Of a stretch of DNA of 64,000 nt, positions 55,247 through 64,000 are shown piece by piece. How positions within the stretch are numbered: position 1 is the stretch's first letter; each line of letters starts with the position of its first letter. The position numbers and the translations under genes were made by a program. The DNA is from a virus. The notes beneath the pieces are model-generated. The model saw only the letters and a program-made list of their open reading frames with translations, was not told the DNA's origin and did no database searches. Location of the stretch: the IMG/VR virus record IMGVR_UViG_3300021599_000885; one strand, given 5' to 3'.

Positions 55247-56608
55247 TTAGTCTTTAGAAGCAATAATTAAGTCAACATATTGGACAGCAAAGTCCATTGC
55301 TGTACCTGTAAAAGATGCTGAACCAGACCAAGATGGATTAGTAAATCCGTGTCCGTGAGAGTTTCCACCACCAGTTGATGTGGTATTTGGGCTGAGACCA
55401 ACAATTGTACCACCACCGGCAAATCCTTGAGAACCACCTCCACCATTATCAAGCAAAAATTGCCCAGATGTTGATGAGTGGTTGTGGGATGGCATCTCTG
55501 AAGTGGTTAGTGTAGTATTACTTACAGAACCGCCAGAGTTAGATCCAGAAACCGAAACAGAACCAGATGGTGTCCTAGAAGCAAATACACTTGTAAATGC
55601 GGTCGTACCACCAGAACTTGCAGATCCACTTACTACTCTAAGTGCTTTATTATTATGAGTTGTTTGTTTGGTCCAACCAGTAGGTGCTGCTGTCTGTTGG
55701 AATAACATCAAAGTGCCTGATGCAAAAGTTATAGCGCCAGAAGTACCTTGAGATCCAACAGCACCCTGTGCACCTACAGCACCTTGAGCACCTGTAGATC
55801 CTTGAGCACCTTGAGTACCTGTAGATCCTTGAGCACCTTGAGCACCTATAGTACCTTGAGATCCTGATGTACCTGCGGTTCCTTGAGCACCTTGAGCACC
55901 TGTGGAACCTTGAGCACCTTGAGCACCTGTGGAACCTTGAGCACCTTGAGCACCTGTAGATCCTTGTGCTCCTACTGAACCTTGAGCACCAGTAGCACCT
56001 TGAGCACCAGTAGCACCTTGAGCACCTGTGGAACCTTGAGCACCAACTGTGCCTTGTACACCTGTAGATCCTTGAGCACCTACATCACCTTGAGCACCTT
56101 GAGCACCTACATCACCTTGAGCACCTGTGGAACCTTGAGATCCTGATGCACCTGCGGTTCCTTGAGCACCAGTAGCACCTTGAGCACCTTGAGCACCTAT
56201 AGTACCTTGAGATCCTGATGTACCTGCGGTTCCTTGAGCACCTTGAGCACCTTGAGCACCTTGAGCACCTTGAGCACCTTGAGCACCTGTAGATCCTTGT
56301 GCTCCTACTGAACCTTGAGCACCAACTGTGCCTTGTACACCTGTAGATCCTTGTGCTCCTACTGAACCTTGAGCACCTTGAGCACCTTCAGCACCTGTAG
56401 ATCCTTGAGCACCTTGATCCCCTACAGCACCTTGAGCACCTTGAGCACCTGTAGATCCTTGAGCACCTTGAGCACCTGTAGATCCTTGAGCACCTTGAGT
56501 TCCAGGTGTTCCCTGCCTAACCCAAGATGTTCCATTCCATATCCATCTGGAGTTACTAGATGTAAAAATATCATTTACTGATGGACTATCTGGAAAGTTT
56601 AGAGCCAT
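55247..56608 (-). CDS. collagen-like tail fibre with collar-like C-terminal domain
   Basis: [10 protein letters not shown]-domain; long GAQ run; F.Q..APTGW, TLT..EMPSH.H, VQYVD.IIA.KD; TAAATA at 56636-56641. Confidence 0.85.
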   Translation of the reverse strand: MALNFPDSPSVNDIFTSSNSRWIWNGTSWVRQGTPGTQGAQGSTGAQGAQGSTGAQGAQGAVGDQGAQGSTGAEGAQGAQGSVGAQGSTGVQGTVGAQGSVGAQGSTGAQGAQGAQGAQGAQGAQGTAGTSGSQGTIGAQGAQGATGAQGTAGASGSQGSTGAQGDVGAQGAQGDVGAQGSTGVQGTVGAQGSTGAQGATGAQGATGAQGSVGAQGSTGAQGAQGSTGAQGAQGSTGAQGAQGTAGTSGSQGTIGAQGAQGSTGTQGAQGSTGAQGAVGAQGAVGSQGTSGAITFASGTLMLFQQTAAPTGWTKQTTHNNKALRVVSGSASSGGTTAFTSVFASRTPSGSVSVSGSNSGGSVSNTTLTTSEMPSHNHSSTSGQFLLDNGGGGSQGFAGGGTIVGLSPNTTSTGGGNSHGHGFTNPSWSGSASFTGTAMDFAVQYVDLIIASKD

Positions 56609-56664
56609 TATCTAACCACTATATTCCTTTCAAGTTATTTATCTTTTCTTTGAATTCTTAAAGG

Positions 56665-56693
56665 ATTATAACCAATATCATACATAAAGTCAA
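56665..56693 (-). promoter_or_regulatory. sigma70 promoter
   Basis: TTGACT-N17-TATAAT immediately after terminator. Confidence 0.7.
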
Positions 56694-56695
56694 AT

Positions 56696-56726
56696 AAAAA
56701 AAGAGAGTATAAAACTCTCCTTTTTT
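56696..56726 (-). terminator. intrinsic terminator after ncRNA copy 2
   Basis: A6-GGAGAG-TTTTATA-CTCTC followed by U7. Confidence 0.75.
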
Positions 56727-56795
56727 AACCACCAACTCACCTCTCCCACCACAGAGAGGGTCTTCATTCCCAAAGATACAAGGAATCTTGAAGAC
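56726..56795 (-). ncRNA. candidate structured RNA, copy 2 (repeat of 14857-14925)
   Basis: GTCTTCA/TGAAGAC and CCTCTCT/GGAGAGG stems; 58/59 nt identity to copy 1. Confidence 0.65.
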
Positions 56796-56819
56796 CTTAA
56801 AGAGAACGTACACCCATCA

Positions 56820-57089
56820 TCAAAGATTAGTTAACCAAATGTTTTCAGCAAGTTTTGCTTCGCCAGTTATAATTGCAGATTCTAGATCTGAAATATCTTC
56901 TCCAGAATCTACAATTTCTTGGTCAGTAACAACAAGTTTAAGGTGTCCAACATTACGATCAATATTAGATTTTAAGTCTTTGGAGGGCGTTTCTCCACCA
57001 TCTAATTTTTCAATAGCATCTTCAATCACCCAAACACTATCTTTAGCTACAGTAATTGTTTGCAAAATTTGTTCTTGAGTTCTTGCCAT
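56820..57089 (-). CDS. hypothetical protein
   Basis: A.DSV.VI...RNV.HL..V; AGGAG RBS. Confidence 0.75.
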   Translation of the reverse strand: MARTQEQILQTITVAKDSVWVIEDAIEKLDGGETPSKDLKSNIDRNVGHLKLVVTDQEIVDSGEDISDLESAIITGEAKLAENIWLTNL

Positions 57090-57092
57090 TTT

Positions 57093-58007
57093 TTAAGCTC
57101 CTATAAAGTTTTTTGAATCTTCAAAGACCTGATTATTTGCATTTATATTCAATTCAATATCTTCATAATCAATTGATTCAAGATCTCTCCAAAATTCAAG
57201 TCCTTTACATCTTGATAAGATTTCATCGGAAAGAATTTCTTTTGGAGATAAAGAAGTTTTTTTCAACTCCTTTCTAACATAATGCATATCACTTAAACCA
57301 TAAGTAGAGGCATCATTTTCCTCATTAATGTTAATAAGATTATCAAATTCGTGTTCATAATATTCTTCATCAAGAAACTCATAAATTTTCTTCATTGTTT
57401 TTTCTGGAAAACTAACAAGATCATCATATTCAACAAAATGCAAATATTTTTCCTGCCCTTTCGTTAGTACATCACGAATTCCCAAATAACTTTGTCCAAG
57501 AATTCCAGATTCACTTACAAGAAATTCACAACGATTATCATCCGTTAATAAAATATTAGATTTAACTAACATATCATCAATAAAGTTTATTTTTCCATTT
57601 ACTTCATATGGATTACGACGATGCATCGAAATAAAAGATGCTAAAATTTCATCAATGTTTCTAACAGGACAAATAATTTTTGGTGTAATTCCCAAGTAAC
57701 CTTCAATGTAATGAATTCGATTTACCCAAGATCTATTCTTGTCAAAAATTACTGGTTTTTTTACATCAAAATAATATTGATGAATAATATTGGAAATAAT
57801 CATTGATGCTTGTTCTGGTTTTGGATATGCCAAAAACAACTCGTCCTGAGACAATTGTTGTTCTAACATAATCATCAACCCAGTCACAGGAGAACTAGGA
57901 CCAGAATAAAACCTTGGATTTTGATTTAAAATGCTAGATAAAATTGTACTTCCAGAGCGAGGAAGTCCCGCCATAAAATAATAAGTTTTTTGCACTGGTT
58001 CTACCAT
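57093..58007 (-). CDS. sulfotransferase family protein
   Basis: GLPRSGST.L..ILNQNP, DKNR.W, KII..VR, VEYDDL...P. Confidence 0.88.
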   Translation of the reverse strand: MVEPVQKTYYFMAGLPRSGSTILSSILNQNPRFYSGPSSPVTGLMIMLEQQLSQDELFLAYPKPEQASMIISNIIHQYYFDVKKPVIFDKNRSWVNRIHYIEGYLGITPKIICPVRNIDEILASFISMHRRNPYEVNGKINFIDDMLVKSNILLTDDNRCEFLVSESGILGQSYLGIRDVLTKGQEKYLHFVEYDDLVSFPEKTMKKIYEFLDEEYYEHEFDNLININEENDASTYGLSDMHYVRKELKKTSLSPKEILSDEILSRCKGLEFWRDLESIDYEDIELNINANNQVFEDSKNFIGA

Positions 58008-58016
58008 AGACTTAAT

Positions 58017-58919
58017 TTACTGAGCATCAACGGATTTAACAATTTCATTAAAATCAAACAGTTCGGTTCCCTCTTCATAAGGATACTCAACTTCATTACC
58101 ATCAAAGTCAAAATCAAAAAGATAACTCCCCGGTAATTTAAAATCATATGGAACTGTTGTGGAGATATTATCATGCAGATCATATCCAAATACTTTTGGA
58201 CTAGTCCCATTCCAAAGAACTGTTGATTTTTTATTTAGTGCGGCAGCAGCATGTTGAACACAAGAATCAATTAAGATTCTTTTTTTAGCATGAAGAACAA
58301 TACTAAAGTATTCCATCAAAGATAAAGATTTTTCTGGTGTTGCAAAAATGTGCTCGACACCTTCTAGTTTTGGCGAATTAACTTTTGTAAGTTGAATAAT
58401 ATGATATTCAGATTTATAATAATCTACAAGTTTTTCTGCAAGATCAAATGGCATATCTCTTGTCCAAGAATATGGTTTCGAATCAGTGGTCATAACTCCA
58501 CCGTTAGTATGAATAATCATAACTGGTTTTTTTCGTTTCCAAACTTCTCTGGATATATTTTGTTGAAGTTTATTAAATCTTATTTCTGGTCTTTCTCTAG
58601 AATATTTAATACCATACATATCACACCAATTCTCAATTAAACGTTTACGTTTATGAATATGATTAGTTGTATAATATGGTTCATTATGAAATAGAATAGA
58701 ATCTTTATCTTGAATATATTCTTGATAAAAATACTGCGTTGTTCCTATGGTATAAACTCTATGAACATAAGGAAGATTTATAAAAATATCTGCATATGCA
58801 CAGACTATAACTAATTTACGATCTGGGTGATTTGCTTTAATTGCTTTTGCTACTGCGGTGGCCGCAATATGTTTTCCAATACCACCCTGCACATGAAAAA
58901 TACTATATTTTGATTTCAT
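58017..58919 (-). CDS. GT9-like (heptosyltransferase-like) glycosyltransferase
   Basis: GGIGK, IDS..QHAAAAL..KS.VLW..T.P..FGY. Confidence 0.75.
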   Translation of the reverse strand: MKSKYSIFHVQGGIGKHIAATAVAKAIKANHPDRKLVIVCAYADIFINLPYVHRVYTIGTTQYFYQEYIQDKDSILFHNEPYYTTNHIHKRKRLIENWCDMYGIKYSRERPEIRFNKLQQNISREVWKRKKPVMIIHTNGGVMTTDSKPYSWTRDMPFDLAEKLVDYYKSEYHIIQLTKVNSPKLEGVEHIFATPEKSLSLMEYFSIVLHAKKRILIDSCVQHAAAALNKKSTVLWNGTSPKVFGYDLHDNISTTVPYDFKLPGSYLFDFDFDGNEVEYPYEEGTELFDFNEIVKSVDAQ

Positions 58920-58979
58920 AAATGAATGATTAACTTGAATGGGTCTACTTATAAAATATTATTATCAATTTATGGTGCA

Positions 58980-60278
58980 TTATATTATATCATCTCTTTT
59001 TAAAACTGTCAATCCATTATTGTTTGTTTTATACTTATAAAATTTCCAGTGTGGATTCTTCATTACAAACTCAATAACCGCAGATAACAATCCTTTATCA
59101 TCTTTTCCATCTTCTCCTTTAAGACCAAATGTATATGTGTCATGAAATACAATATATTTTTGTGCCTTGTTTCCGTGAAGATTTAATTCCCGTTTAAGTT
59201 GATCATATATGTGAAAAGTATCAATAAACAATAAATCAGTCTCTTCAATTTCTATATCGAGAACATCTGCTTGAATATATTCCGCAGATTTTCCTTGTCG
59301 TTTAGCAAGATCAAAAAGTTTTTGAACATTTGAATCTAATATGATATCAAAGGAAAAAAGTTTAGCATTAGTGTTTAAAAATGCTCTAGTACTAACTCCT
59401 GTTCTAACTCCCATTTCCACTACGGTCTTACATTCTTTTGCTAATTCATAAAGTTCATGAACATTTTCGTTGATATCACTTGGTATTTTCCTTGCTCTTT
59501 GATACTCTAAATCAAATACACCTGATTTTATATTTTTATCTTTACGTTGATGTTCATAAAGTTTTATCATATTGTGTGGGATTTCCCAATTTTTTCCATT
59601 GATAAAATGATCATATGATATCAAGTTTTTTGAATCTAATTCAATTCTTTTTGAAATATCACTGTCGGGGTCTTCAAACTTTGTAAGTGTTTCCGAAATA
59701 GTTCCTTTAATTTTATTTGAATTAATCGCGTAAATGTTTTTTGCATATTGTACAAAAAAATCATCACCATACCAAACTTGATATAGAGATGGTATAACTT
59801 TATATGATTCTCTTAACATAAACATACAGATTCCGAATGCCCACGACTGACCTCCAATAGGTTTTGTGGGATCATAATTTAATTTTACAATCTCTTCTTT
59901 TGTATCAATATAATCATCAATTTTATAATTATTTTGCCTTCCCTGTAAATTTACACCAATCAAATCTCCATTTGAAAGATTAAAATCAATAATCATATCA
60001 AATATTTCTGATGACACTTTAATATCATCATTTAATATTCCAATAATTTTAGATTTTGATCGAAAATATCCCTCATTCCAAGCAGGATTTACAAAAATAT
60101 TTTTACCATATGAAATAATTTCAATTTTTGAGTGATTTAAAATCTCATAAGATGGTCTTTTTAATTTATTATTGTCAACGATAATAATTTTGTTAATTGA
60201 GTTATGACTTACATAAGTTTGCAAAGATTCTTCAAATTTATTTGCAAACCACATTGTTGGAATAATGAGATCGATCAT
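58980..60278 (-). CDS. GT2 glycosyltransferase plus class I methyltransferase fusion
   Basis: IIPT, IIIVDN, VNPAWN, LNDD, GDD; VEMGVR.G.ST, DLLFIDT.H, IVFHD. Confidence 0.85.
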   Translation of the reverse strand: MIDLIIPTMWFANKFEESLQTYVSHNSINKIIIVDNNKLKRPSYEILNHSKIEIISYGKNIFVNPAWNEGYFRSKSKIIGILNDDIKVSSEIFDMIIDFNLSNGDLIGVNLQGRQNNYKIDDYIDTKEEIVKLNYDPTKPIGGQSWAFGICMFMLRESYKVIPSLYQVWYGDDFFVQYAKNIYAINSNKIKGTISETLTKFEDPDSDISKRIELDSKNLISYDHFINGKNWEIPHNMIKLYEHQRKDKNIKSGVFDLEYQRARKIPSDINENVHELYELAKECKTVVEMGVRTGVSTRAFLNTNAKLFSFDIILDSNVQKLFDLAKRQGKSAEYIQADVLDIEIEETDLLFIDTFHIYDQLKRELNLHGNKAQKYIVFHDTYTFGLKGEDGKDDKGLLSAVIEFVMKNPHWKFYKYKTNNNGLTVLKRDDII

Positions 60279-60916
60279 AAATTATAACTCTTTTCAAAAT
60301 TTCCTTTATATATTTTATTTCCAATATGTGATACTGTGTGTTTTGGATTTAACCAAATATCATATCCCAATTCCTTTATTTTTCTAGTTAATGCGACATC
60401 CTCTCCGATAAAACTTCCATTTTCAAAGGTATATTCACAAATATTTTTTAAAGGACTGTTACGAAATAGTAATTCTGTGTTTGTATTCCACAAATCAATA
60501 ATAACCTTACGAGTCAATTTAAGAAATCCTGTCCCACATTTTTCAATTTTAATATATCCATCGGTATCTTTTTGAATGTCATTATTTAACCATACATTAT
60601 ATTTAATTTTTTTATCTTCCTTATTCACAACAGGTATTGTTATAACATCCTTTTCAGATTGAATAATTTCAATTAATGCTTTTTCATCCCAATATTCATC
60701 ATCATCAATAAACACCATTACATCATAATTATCAGTATAAGATAATTTAAATAACTCATTTCTAGCCATTGGAAGAATACTTTCATTAGCTAAAAAAACA
60801 CATCTAATATCTAAGTCATTTTTGATTCCTAATTTAATAGATTCACATAAACTGTGAACAAAATAAGCATCAACTTTTTGATCAAGGCATGGTGTAGCAA
60901 TTAAAACTTTTTTCAT
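60275..60916 (-). CDS. GT2-like glycosyltransferase
   Basis: VLIATP, S.L..ARN, FIDDD, GTGF, GEDV, GY.IW. Confidence 0.85.
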   Translation of the reverse strand: MKKVLIATPCLDQKVDAYFVHSLCESIKLGIKNDLDIRCVFLANESILPMARNELFKLSYTDNYDVMVFIDDDEYWDEKALIEIIQSEKDVITIPVVNKEDKKIKYNVWLNNDIQKDTDGYIKIEKCGTGFLKLTRKVIIDLWNTNTELLFRNSPLKNICEYTFENGSFIGEDVALTRKIKELGYDIWLNPKHTVSHIGNKIYKGNFEKSYNL

Positions 60917-60956
60917 ATATTCTCACGTATCATACAGTATGTATGAGACTATTATA

Positions 60957-63900
60957 TCACGAATTTTCCAATATATCCAATCTTGATTTTAATACATCAA
61001 CTTCCTCTGATAATTCCTTCACTGCATTTACAAGAACTGGAATCATATGATCTGATGTCAGTTTGAGATGCTCTGGATCATTTGAGTCTACAATAACAGG
61101 ATTTTCTCCTTCTGCTTCAAGGACATTCTGGGCACTGAATCCATACCTACGCTTTCCTTCTATGTCCTTTAATTCATCAGTATCACGGTCCTTAAAGGCA
61201 TATTCAATTGGAGTAATATTATGAAGGAAACCTCTACCATGAGGAACAGGTCCAAAAATGCACTTGTCACGGCAATCAGAAACTGCTGTCCAAGCAACCT
61301 GGATAAGAGCACATGCATGACTGTTGTTACCCATAATGATGTAATTGGATTCTGTTGTAACATTACAAAGTCCTGTAGAACCCGTTCCAGCATTTTGTCC
61401 GAAGAAAAGATTATTAGTTCCAGTGGTGTTGCAGTAACCAGCATTACGTCCAATAAAGGTGTTGTTGCATCCACTGGTGTTGCAGATACCAGTATAAGCT
61501 CCAATGAAGATGTTAAAGGTTCCACTGGTGTTGCGGAATCCAGCACATTGTCCAATGAAGTTGTTAAAGGCTCCAGTGGTGTTGCATTGACCGGCACTAA
61601 ATCCAATAAAGTTGTTATTGGATCCAGTGGTGTTGCTGAAACCAGCACATCGTCCAGCAAAGAAGTTAAAGGATCCACCGGTGTTGCAGTAACCAGCACT
61701 AAATCCAATAAAGTTGTTATTGGATCCAGTGGTGTTGCCGAAACCAGCATAAGCTCCAATGAAGGTGTTATTGGATCCAGTGGTGTTGTTGGATCCAGCA
61801 AGTCGTCCAATGAAGTTGTTGCAGGTTCCAATGGTGTTGGATTGACCAGCATTAGATCCAAAGAAGTTGTTGTTGGCTCCACTGGTGTTGCATCGACCAG
61901 CAAATCGTCCAAAGAAGTTGTTGTAGGATCCACTGGTGTTGCTGAAACCAGCACATTGTCCAGCAAAGAAGTTATGAGTTCCACTGGTGTTGCATCGACC
62001 AGCATTAGATCCAAAGAAGTTGTTGTTGGCTCCACCGATGTTGGATTGACCAGTATAAGCTCCAATGAAGTTGTTATTGGATCCAGTGGTGTTGCTGAAA
62101 CCAGCACATCGTCCAATGAAGTTGTTGCAGGTTCCAGTGGTGTTGCTATAACCAGCACTAAATCCAATGAAGTTGTTGTTAGTTCCAGTGCTGTTGTATC
62201 GACCAGCATAATTTCCAATGAAGTTGTTGTAGTTTCCAATGGTGTTGCGGAATCCAGCAAATCGTCCAAAGAAGTTGTTGTTAGTTCCAGTGCTGTTGCA
62301 TCGACCAGCACATTGTCCAATGAAGTTGTTGAAGGATCCAGTGGTGTTACAGGCACCAGCACCTTGTCCAATAAAGTTGTTATTGGATCCAGTGGTGTTA
62401 CAGGCACCAGCACATTGTCCAGCAAAGAAGTTAAAGGATCCACTGGTGTTGGATTGACCAGCACAATAACCAGCAAAGAAATTATTGAGTCCAGTGCCAC
62501 CAGTTCCTGCTTCTGAACTGTAAATGGTCCCACAAGAACCACTTAAAATGAATTCTCCACCGCCACCGACACCCCCTCCTGCAGGTCCTTGAGCACCTTG
62601 AGCACCAGTAGCACCAGCGGTTCCTTGAGCACCTTGAGCACCAGATCCAGTGGCACCTTGAGCACCTGTAGATCCTTGAGCACCTGTAGATCCTTGAGCA
62701 CCTTGAGTACCTGTAGATCCTTGAGCACCTGTAGATCCTTGAGCACCTTGAGCACCTTGAGCACCTTGAGCACCAGATCCACTGCCACCCTCTCCTGCAG
62801 GTCCTTGAGCACCTTGAGCACCAGTAGCACCTGTAGATCCTTGAGCACCAGTAGCACCTGTAGATCCTTGAGCACCAGATCCAGTGGCACCTTGAGCACC
62901 TGTAGATCCTTGAGCACCTGTAGATCCTTGAGCACCTTGAGCACCTGTAGATCCTTGTGCTCCTACTAAACCTTGAGCACCAGTAGCACCTTGAGCACCT
63001 TGAGCACCAGATCCACTGCCACCCTCTCCTGCAGGTCCTTGAGCACCTTGAGCACCTTCAGCACCAGCGGTTCCTTGAGCACCTTGAGCACCAGATCCAG
63101 TGGCACCTTGAGCACCTGTAGATCCTTGAGCACCTTGAGTACCTGTAGATCCTTGAGCACCTATAGATCCTTGAGCACCTGTAGATCCCTGAGCACCTTG
63201 AGCACCAGATCCAGTGGCACCTTGAGCACCTGTAGATCCTTGAGCACCTTGAGCACCTTCAGCACCAGCGGTTCCTTGAGCACCTTGAGCACCAGATCCA
63301 GTGGCACCTTGAGCACCTATAGATCCTTGAGCACCTGTAGATCCCTGAGCACCTTGAGCACCAGATCCAGTGGCACCTTGAGCACCTTGAGCACCTTCAG
63401 CACCAGCGGTTCCTTGAGCACCTTGAGCACCTGTAGATCCTTGAGCACCTACATCACCTTTATCACCAGTCCTAGCAAAGGTGATGATAACGTCTTCACT
63501 ATCACTGAATGAAGAAGCACTACCAGATACATATCCACAACTGACTGTGAAGTATCCAGTGTTCTCAGTCACACTAGAGATAGTGAACAGAGCAAAGTCG
63601 TCAGCATTCAGTCTATTAGAAATTCTAAAGTGACCCTTAATAGTAGAAGTAGAGTCATCAATAGTTCTTAAGAATGACTGAATATCTGTAGAGTTATCGT
63701 CAACATCATCAATGTATAGAACCGTAGCAGATGAAACTGTAGCGTTATTGAGCTTTAGTATTCCAGTTCCTGGGTCACTAGCAGTAATGTTTGTAGAGAA
63801 AGTATAGTCAAATGTAGCGCCACCGAAGTTACCATCAGCTCCTTGTGCTCCAACAGCACCCTGTGCACCTTGAGCACCAGCAGTTCCTTGAGCACCAGCG

Positions 63901-64000
63901 GTTCCTTGAGCACCTTCAGCACCAGTAGCACCTGTAGATCCTTGAGCACCAGATCCAGTGGCACCTTGAGCACCTGTAGATCCTTGAGCACCTGTAGATC
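60957..64000 (-). CDS. collagen-like tail fibre with Asn/Cys-rich 14-aa repeats and C-terminal S74 chaperone, partial (start beyond right edge)
   Basis: frame stays open from 63572 to 64000; GAQ collagen; NNFIG..AG.CNT.G repeats; SDCRDK...YGF.AQ...LVNAVKEL. Confidence 0.88.
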   Translation of the reverse strand, partial: STGAQGSTGAQGATGSGAQGSTGATGAEGAQGTAGAQGTAGAQGAQGAVGAQGADGNFGGATFDYTFSTNITASDPGTGILKLNNATVSSATVLYIDDVDDNSTDIQSFLRTIDDSTSTIKGHFRISNRLNADDFALFTISSVTENTGYFTVSCGYVSGSASSFSDSEDVIITFARTGDKGDVGAQGSTGAQGAQGTAGAEGAQGAQGATGSGAQGAQGSTGAQGSIGAQGATGSGAQGAQGTAGAEGAQGAQGSTGAQGATGSGAQGAQGSTGAQGSIGAQGSTGTQGAQGSTGAQGATGSGAQGAQGTAGAEGAQGAQGPAGEGGSGSGAQGAQGATGAQGLVGAQGSTGAQGAQGSTGAQGSTGAQGATGSGAQGSTGATGAQGSTGATGAQGAQGPAGEGGSGSGAQGAQGAQGAQGSTGAQGSTGTQGAQGSTGAQGSTGAQGATGSGAQGAQGTAGATGAQGAQGPAGGGVGGGGEFILSGSCGTIYSSEAGTGGTGLNNFFAGYCAGQSNTSGSFNFFAGQCAGACNTTGSNNNFIGQGAGACNTTGSFNNFIGQCAGRCNSTGTNNNFFGRFAGFRNTIGNYNNFIGNYAGRYNSTGTNNNFIGFSAGYSNTTGTCNNFIGRCAGFSNTTGSNNNFIGAYTGQSNIGGANNNFFGSNAGRCNTSGTHNFFAGQCAGFSNTSGSYNNFFGRFAGRCNTSGANNNFFGSNAGQSNTIGTCNNFIGRLAGSNNTTGSNNTFIGAYAGFGNTTGSNNNFIGFSAGYCNTGGSFNFFAGRCAGFSNTTGSNNNFIGFSAGQCNTTGAFNNFIGQCAGFRNTSGTFNIFIGAYTGICNTSGCNNTFIGRNAGYCNTTGTNNLFFGQNAGTGSTGLCNVTTESNYIIMGNNSHACALIQVAWTAVSDCRDKCIFGPVPHGRGFLHNITPIEYAFKDRDTDELKDIEGKRRYGFSAQNVLEAEGENPVIVDSNDPEHLKLTSDHMIPVLVNAVKELSEEVDVLKSRLDILENS
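61380..62500 (-). repeat. 42-nt (14-aa) tandem repeat N(N/T)F(I/F)GxxAGxxNTxG, about 26 units
   Basis: visible in protein and DNA; boundaries and count approximate. Confidence 0.9.

Noticed and set aside
55760-56500. possible CRISPR array or satellite
   Set aside because: In-frame 9-nt Gly-X-Y coding repeats with no unique spacers.
61169-63512. long alternative-frame ORFs (457, 431, 133, 126, 179 aa)
   Set aside because: Stop-free by-products of the 42-nt and GAQ repeats.

Overview
This window is from a T4-like cyanomyovirus (cyanophage), judged from the gp2/gp4/gp5/gp26/gp32/gp33/gp48/gp51/gp53/gp54/gp59 homologues, phoH, thyX, TAAATA late promoters and sigma70 early promoters. It is mostly minus-strand. 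Layout: (1-5 kb) small early hypotheticals, a 2OG-Fe(II) oxygenase, a glutaredoxin-like gene and a superfamily-2 helicase; (5-29 kb) tail-fibre/adhesin region with a three-tRNA cluster and three collagen-stalk plus variable-tip modules; (29-40 kb) baseplate/tail module; (40-47 kb) mom-like gene, gp32, gp59, gp33, exonuclease, phoH, HNH endonuclease, thyX; (47-48.5 kb) a nitrogen-regulation-like locus; (50-64 kb) an island of glycosyltransferases, methyltransferases, a sulfotransferase and UDP-galactopyranose mutase interleaved with Pro-poor collagen-like fibre genes. The most striking observation is at 47954-48381. Two tandem glutamine-riboswitch (glnA-motif)-like RNAs each carry a complete, mutually homologous small ORF inside the P2 loop, with the start codon in the P2 stem. 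They lie downstream of an NtcA box, two promoters and an occluding hairpin, and upstream of DUF4278-like genes. Other notable items are a ~70-nt structured RNA present twice 42 kb apart with terminator/antiterminator geometry, and atypical tRNAs. All assignments come from reading the sequence and from recalled family knowledge; no searches were run.
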